Assembly (NCBI GenBank): GCA_032161105.1 | Contig: JAVHTD010000013.1 | Reading direction: 5' to 3' (one strand) | Source: Candidatus Thermosaccharophagus tengchongensis | GTDB lineage: Bacteria > Armatimonadota > Fervidibacteria > Fervidibacterales > Thermosaccharophagaceae | Length of the DNA stretch: 64,000 nucleotides | In this document: positions 59,863 through 64,000 of the stretch, piece by piece | How positions within the stretch are numbered: position 1 is the first letter of the stretch | Layout: every line of letters starts with the position of its first letter | The notes under the pieces: generated by a model | The model's database searches: none | What the model was told of the DNA's origin: nothing | The model's input: only the letters and a program-made list of their open reading frames with translations | Translations under genes and position numbers: made by a program

Positions 59863-60282
59863 CTAATCCTCCACAATTGGGATTCGCTTGACCATGCGCA
59901 CCTTTGTCCCGCCGCGCTTCCCAACCTTTATCTCAACCTCATCCATGAGCACGCGCATGATCATTATCCCGAGACCTTCTGAAGACCTCATGCCGATGCC
60001 CTTATCGCTCACCTCAACGATGAAATTGCTCCCGTTAATCCAGCAGGCTATGTGGACCGTCCCGGAGCACCCAATGCCCTTATATGCATGTTGGATAACA
60101 TTTGTGCACGCTTCCGTCACGGCTCTCTTTATGTCCTCAATCATGCTCATGGTCATGTTCAACTCCATGGCGAAAGCTGCAAGTGCTTGCCTCACAACCT
60201 TGAGCAACGACGGCTCACATGGTATAGTCAGCTCAAACCGCATATCCCTTTGGCTGCGCTGTTGGGCAATGCTCACCTTCAT
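59863..60282 (-). CDS. Anti-sigma factor / serine kinase, RsbW/SpoIIAB family
   Basis: DIKRAVTEACTNVIQHAY N-box, VSDKGIG G1, GLGIMIMRVLMDEV G2, GGTKVRMVK. Confidence 0.92.
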   Translation of the reverse strand: MKVSIAQQRSQRDMRFELTIPCEPSLLKVVRQALAAFAMELNMTMSMIEDIKRAVTEACTNVIQHAYKGIGCSGTVHIACWINGSNFIVEVSDKGIGMRSSEGLGIMIMRVLMDEVEIKVGKRGGTKVRMVKRIPIVED

Positions 60283-62115
60283 TCACCCCCTCGCCGATAG
60301 AATTGAGTTGATTGCGCCGTCAATGTCATCGTAGACTTCAAACACCTCATCAAGGCGCGTCATTGAAATTACCTTTCGGTCGTGCTCACTCGGCGACGCG
60401 AGCGCAAATCGTATCCCCTTCTCTTTGGCACGCCTCATTGCTCCGAGCAATATACCCAATGTTACGCTATCCATAAATGTCACATTGCGCAGATCGACTA
60501 TGACGCCGGCTCCCGCTGCCGAAATCGCCCCGCTCAATCGCTCACGAAGCAATTCAGCCGTTGAAAGATCAAGCTCGCCAGTCGGAGAGACAATGGCTAC
60601 CCCGCCCTCGCGCAAAGTCAGCGATATGCCTGACCTCATAATTTGCTCTCCCCCCATACGCGTTGCTCTTTCAGTCGTGCCTTCACCAAAGGCAATTTGT
60701 TGGCTGCCTTCTCCAATGCCTCTATTTCCCTCCTTCAGTGCCTCTTTCAACCTGCTCCAGCGCTCCATGCGCCTTGCAATGACCCTTTCAAATCCCATCC
60801 CACTCGGAATGTAATACGGCTGCGATTTAGCCCCCTCGGGCAAATACTCCTGCGGAACATAATGCTCTGGATAATCATGCGGGTAAAGATACCCGATACC
60901 GTGCCCAAGCCTCCTCGCCCCAGCATATGACGCATCACGCAAGTGCTGCGGGATCGGCATTGCCCCTCTTTCCTCAATGTCCCTCATAGCTCTGCCCATA
61001 GCGACACAGCATGAGTTGCTTTTCGGGGCTGTGGCGAGGTAGATCGTAGCTTGAGCAAGTGCAAGTTGTGCCTCTGGCATCCCAACGGTCTCAACGGCCT
61101 GCGCAGCCGCACTCGCAACGAGCAATGCCATCGGATCCGCATTGCCAATATCCTCCGATGCGTGGATGAGCAGCCTGCGAGCTATAAACCTCGGATCCTC
61201 TCCGGCACGCAGCATCTTTGCAAGCCAGTAAAGCGCCGCATCCGGGTCCGAGCCGCGAATGCTCTTAATGAAAGCCGAAATTGTGTCGTAGTGGCTGTCG
61301 CCAGCCCTGTCATATGTGATGGCGACCTCTTGGAGAGCGTCCTCAACCAACGGCAGTGTTATAACCGCGTTGCCCTCCCTGATCTTAGTCGCAGCGATAG
61401 CAGCTAACTCAAGCGCATCAAGCGCCCTCCTCGCATCGCCATTTGAGCGCTCACATAAGTGGCGCAGCGCTTCTCCCTCAATCTCAAGCTTTAACCTCCC
61501 AAGTCCCCTCTCGTCATCCTTCAAAGCGCGCTCAATGATGATGCGGACTTGCTCGGGAGTCAATGGCTCAAACCTGTAAATTCGCACCCGAGATACCAAC
61601 GGCGCGTTCAAGCTGAAGAAGGGATTCTCGGTCGTTGCCCCAATGAGCGTTATAGTGCCATCCTCAACATAAGGCAGAAAGGCATCCTGCTGCGCCTTGT
61701 TGAAGCGATGTATCTCGTCAATGAAGAGGATCGTCTTTTGAGAGAAACGCTTTCGCCTAATGCACGCTTCACTCACAACTCGCTTAACATCGCTGACCCC
61801 AGCCGTGACAGCGCTGAAGCGCTCAAAATGCGCCTTCGTCATGCTCGCAATGATGTATGCAAGCGTTGTCTTACCGCACCCGGCTGGTCCGTAAAAGACA
61901 CAAGATGTTAACTTGTCATGTTCAATTGCGATTCGCAACACCTTGCCATGACCGAGTATGTGCTCTTGCCCGACAAATTCATCAAGCGTGCGCGGGCGCA
62001 TGCGAGTTGATAAAGGCGCATCCGGGAGCGCAAATCCATCATCTGACCTATGTGAGGCTATTTCCGATTCAAAGAGCACTGGCTCACCTTGATGTTCGGG
62101 GCTGTTCAAACACAC
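60283..62115 (-). CDS. rarA: Replication-associated recombination protein RarA/MgsA continuing in frame into a STAS anti-anti-sigma (RsbV-like) domain
   Basis: PL..RMRP, GPAGCGKTT, FIDEIHRFNKAQQD, GATTENP, HYDTISAFIKSIRGSDPDA, SEDIGNADP, YLYPHDY; then GELDLSTA...DLRNVTFMDS STAS domain (60283-60639). Confidence 0.92.
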   Translation of the reverse strand: MCLNSPEHQGEPVLFESEIASHRSDDGFALPDAPLSTRMRPRTLDEFVGQEHILGHGKVLRIAIEHDKLTSCVFYGPAGCGKTTLAYIIASMTKAHFERFSAVTAGVSDVKRVVSEACIRRKRFSQKTILFIDEIHRFNKAQQDAFLPYVEDGTITLIGATTENPFFSLNAPLVSRVRIYRFEPLTPEQVRIIIERALKDDERGLGRLKLEIEGEALRHLCERSNGDARRALDALELAAIAATKIREGNAVITLPLVEDALQEVAITYDRAGDSHYDTISAFIKSIRGSDPDAALYWLAKMLRAGEDPRFIARRLLIHASEDIGNADPMALLVASAAAQAVETVGMPEAQLALAQATIYLATAPKSNSCCVAMGRAMRDIEERGAMPIPQHLRDASYAGARRLGHGIGYLYPHDYPEHYVPQEYLPEGAKSQPYYIPSGMGFERVIARRMERWSRLKEALKEGNRGIGEGSQQIAFGEGTTERATRMGGEQIMRSGISLTLREGGVAIVSPTGELDLSTAELLRERLSGAISAAGAGVIVDLRNVTFMDSVTLGILLGAMRRAKEKGIRFALASPSEHDRKVISMTRLDEVFEVYDDIDGAINSILSARG

Positions 62116-62328
62116 CAGAGAGACACCTCACACGCATATGAGTGTTCCCCTCATAGCTCAATCGGCAGAACCAGTTCCACAAGCTGCCCACAATCCATTA
62201 TGCTCATCTGAGTGACATCGTTTATACACCACAAAATTTGCATAAGCTGCCAAGCCACATCCATGCGATGTTTAGGCTATATTTTGGGGTTGGTAAAGTC
62301 AAGTGCACCAAATCGGGGGTGATGATGG

Positions 62329-64000
62329 ATGCGGCTGATATTCCTCATCGCAATTGCGGTCGCCAACACACTTAGGACAACACATGCTGATGAGTTGGGT
62401 GAGCTAAAAGTTGTTGAACGATTGCCCGCTGATGGCGTAAACTCCTTCTACTGCGGCAACAGACCTCCGCTCGCTCCTTCTCCGCTTATCAAACTCCCAA
62501 CCGGAAGCATCAAGCCAAAGGGTTGGTTAGAGGCACAGCTTCGCCTGATGGCAAATGGGCTTCTCGGACGGCTGCCGGAAATCAGCCCGTGGTGTAATTG
62601 GGATGGCAATGCATGGGCAAACCCTAAAGGTGAGGGACATTCGCATTGGGAAGAACTGCCCTATTGGCTCCGCGGCTTTGCAGCACTTGCATACATCCTG
62701 AGTGATGAGAGGCTCATTGCTGAGGCGAGGAAGTGGATTGAGGCGATACTGTCCAGCCAAGATGAGAGCGGTTACTTTGGTCCGAGACAAAATTGGCGCA
62801 ACCAAGACCTATGGCCAAACATGCTGGCACTTGATGTCCTGCGAACACATTACGAGGCAACAGGTGATAAGCGCGTTGTCTCCCTCATGCTCCGCTTTTT
62901 CCGTTGGCTCACAACTGTCCCACTTGAAGATCTCCTGCCGCCAACAAAGGGTGGCGGGTGGCAGCATGTGAGGGGTGGCGACATGCTTGATAGCATCCTG
63001 TGGCTATATAACCTGACGGGAGAGGAGTGGTTGATTGATGTTGCGAGAGTCGTTCACGATTGCACAGCTCCGTGGAAGCGCGAGGTCGCAAGTTGGCATG
63101 GCGTGAACATATGTCAGGGCTTTCGTGAGCCGGCGCAATTCTGGCTGGTGACAAAGGACATCCGTTACCTAAACGCAAGCATACGAAACTACGAAACGGT
63201 GATGGGCATATATGGTCAGGTCCCCGGCGGGATGTTTGCCGCCGATGAGAACTGCCGCCGAGGATACACAGGTCCACAACAAGCAGCGGAAACTTGCAGC
63301 ATGGTTGAATTCATAAGGAGCCATACAATGCTTGCGCGCATCACTGGCGATGGCATTTGGGCGGACAGGGCTGAGGAAATCGCCCTCAACTCTCTCCCAG
63401 CAGCTTTCACGCCTGACTACAGAGCGTTGCACTATTTGACCGCACCAAACATGGTTCAGCTTGACAGGGGCAACAAAGCGCCGTTCCTCCAGAATGCCGG
63501 CAAGATGCTCTCCTACGACCCGTTTGACTACCGATGCTGCCAGCACAATCACGGTTTGGGTTGGACTTGCTTCACAGAGCACCTGTGGATGGCAACGACG
63601 AACAATGGTCTTGCAGCGATGTTCTACGCGCCATGCGAGGTAACGGCAAAAGTTGGAAATGGTGCAACCGTCCGCATCACCGTTAACACTGACTACCCAT
63701 TTGACGATTCGGTGCAAATTGCTATCCAAACCGATAAACCGGTCCGCTTCCCGTTGGTGTTAAGGATTCCATCATGGTGTTTATATGATTATTCAGTAGA
63801 ACTAAATGGAAAGAAGCTATCTTCTGATGATATATCAACCAATAATGGCTATATTCATTTGGATAGAATATGGGAAGATGGTGACCAAATCAAAATTGTA
63901 TTTTCAATGCCAGTTTTAAGAGTGTATGCACATTCAAATGTGAGATTTAATCAAGGAAAAGTAGCTATACAAAGGGGACCACTTGTATATTGCCTTGAAG
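62329..64000 (+). CDS. GH127/GH146-like beta-L-arabinofuranosidase, 3'-truncated by window (not in the ORF track)
   Basis: Hand translation from ATG 62329: signal-like N-terminus, IKPKGWL, WEELPYW, HGVN, ETCS..E, CCQHN, TDYPF, LRIPSWC, RGPLVY; frame open to the window end. Confidence 0.88.
   Translation, partial: MRLIFLIAIAVANTLRTTHADELGELKVVERLPADGVNSFYCGNRPPLAPSPLIKLPTGSIKPKGWLEAQLRLMANGLLGRLPEISPWCNWDGNAWANPKGEGHSHWEELPYWLRGFAALAYILSDERLIAEARKWIEAILSSQDESGYFGPRQNWRNQDLWPNMLALDVLRTHYEATGDKRVVSLMLRFFRWLTTVPLEDLLPPTKGGGWQHVRGGDMLDSILWLYNLTGEEWLIDVARVVHDCTAPWKREVASWHGVNICQGFREPAQFWLVTKDIRYLNASIRNYETVMGIYGQVPGGMFAADENCRRGYTGPQQAAETCSMVEFIRSHTMLARITGDGIWADRAEEIALNSLPAAFTPDYRALHYLTAPNMVQLDRGNKAPFLQNAGKMLSYDPFDYRCCQHNHGLGWTCFTEHLWMATTNNGLAAMFYAPCEVTAKVGNGATVRITVNTDYPFDDSVQIAIQTDKPVRFPLVLRIPSWCLYDYSVELNGKKLSSDDISTNNGYIHLDRIWEDGDQIKIVFSMPVLRVYAHSNVRFNQGKVAIQRGPLVYCLE

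Noticed and set aside
62147..62186. tRNA 5'-half-like sequence CCCCTCA-TAGCTCAATCGGCAGAAC
   Set aside because: D-arm-like only; no proper anticodon arm, T arm or acceptor 3' strand; probably chance or a very old remnant.
1..64000. CRISPR arrays, rRNA genes, IS elements, long tandem repeats
   Set aside because: None seen on reading; intergenic gaps are short. Short dispersed repeats could have been missed without computation.

Overview
Mostly core chromosome of a bacterium of roughly 50-55% GC (by eye). Gene content and style suggest a thermophilic Armatimonadota-like organism; this is inference and no taxonomic search was run. Housekeeping genes include yceD-rpmF, a LonC-type protease, rnpB, pcrA, pyrG, folB/folK, murJ, ruvCAB, tRNA-Gln-prs-rplY-pth, mrp and panB, mixed with many carbohydrate-active genes. 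Most notable: (1) a RarA/MgsA ATPase continues in frame into a STAS anti-anti-sigma domain at the head of an RsbW-SigB/F partner-switching operon, though one base could separate the two genes; (2) the RNase P RNA appears to lack helix P18; (3) a mosaic accessory patch next to rnpB (10.86-14.12 kb) holds a decayed kinase-WD40 gene, a lower-GC foreign block with a CPR-style GNVGIGT repeat fragment, and an intact zincin lipoprotein; (4) a GH127 gene switches in frame to about 32% GC DNA at the window end; (5) the host strongly avoids TCGA/GTAC/ACGT/CTAG; (6) a ManB-ManC-GT4-(alpha/alpha)6 mannosyl cluster is present; (7) a MoaD/ThiS protein has a masked GG terminus. No CRISPR array, rRNA, integrase or transposase was seen. 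All calls rest on motif recognition, not database searches.
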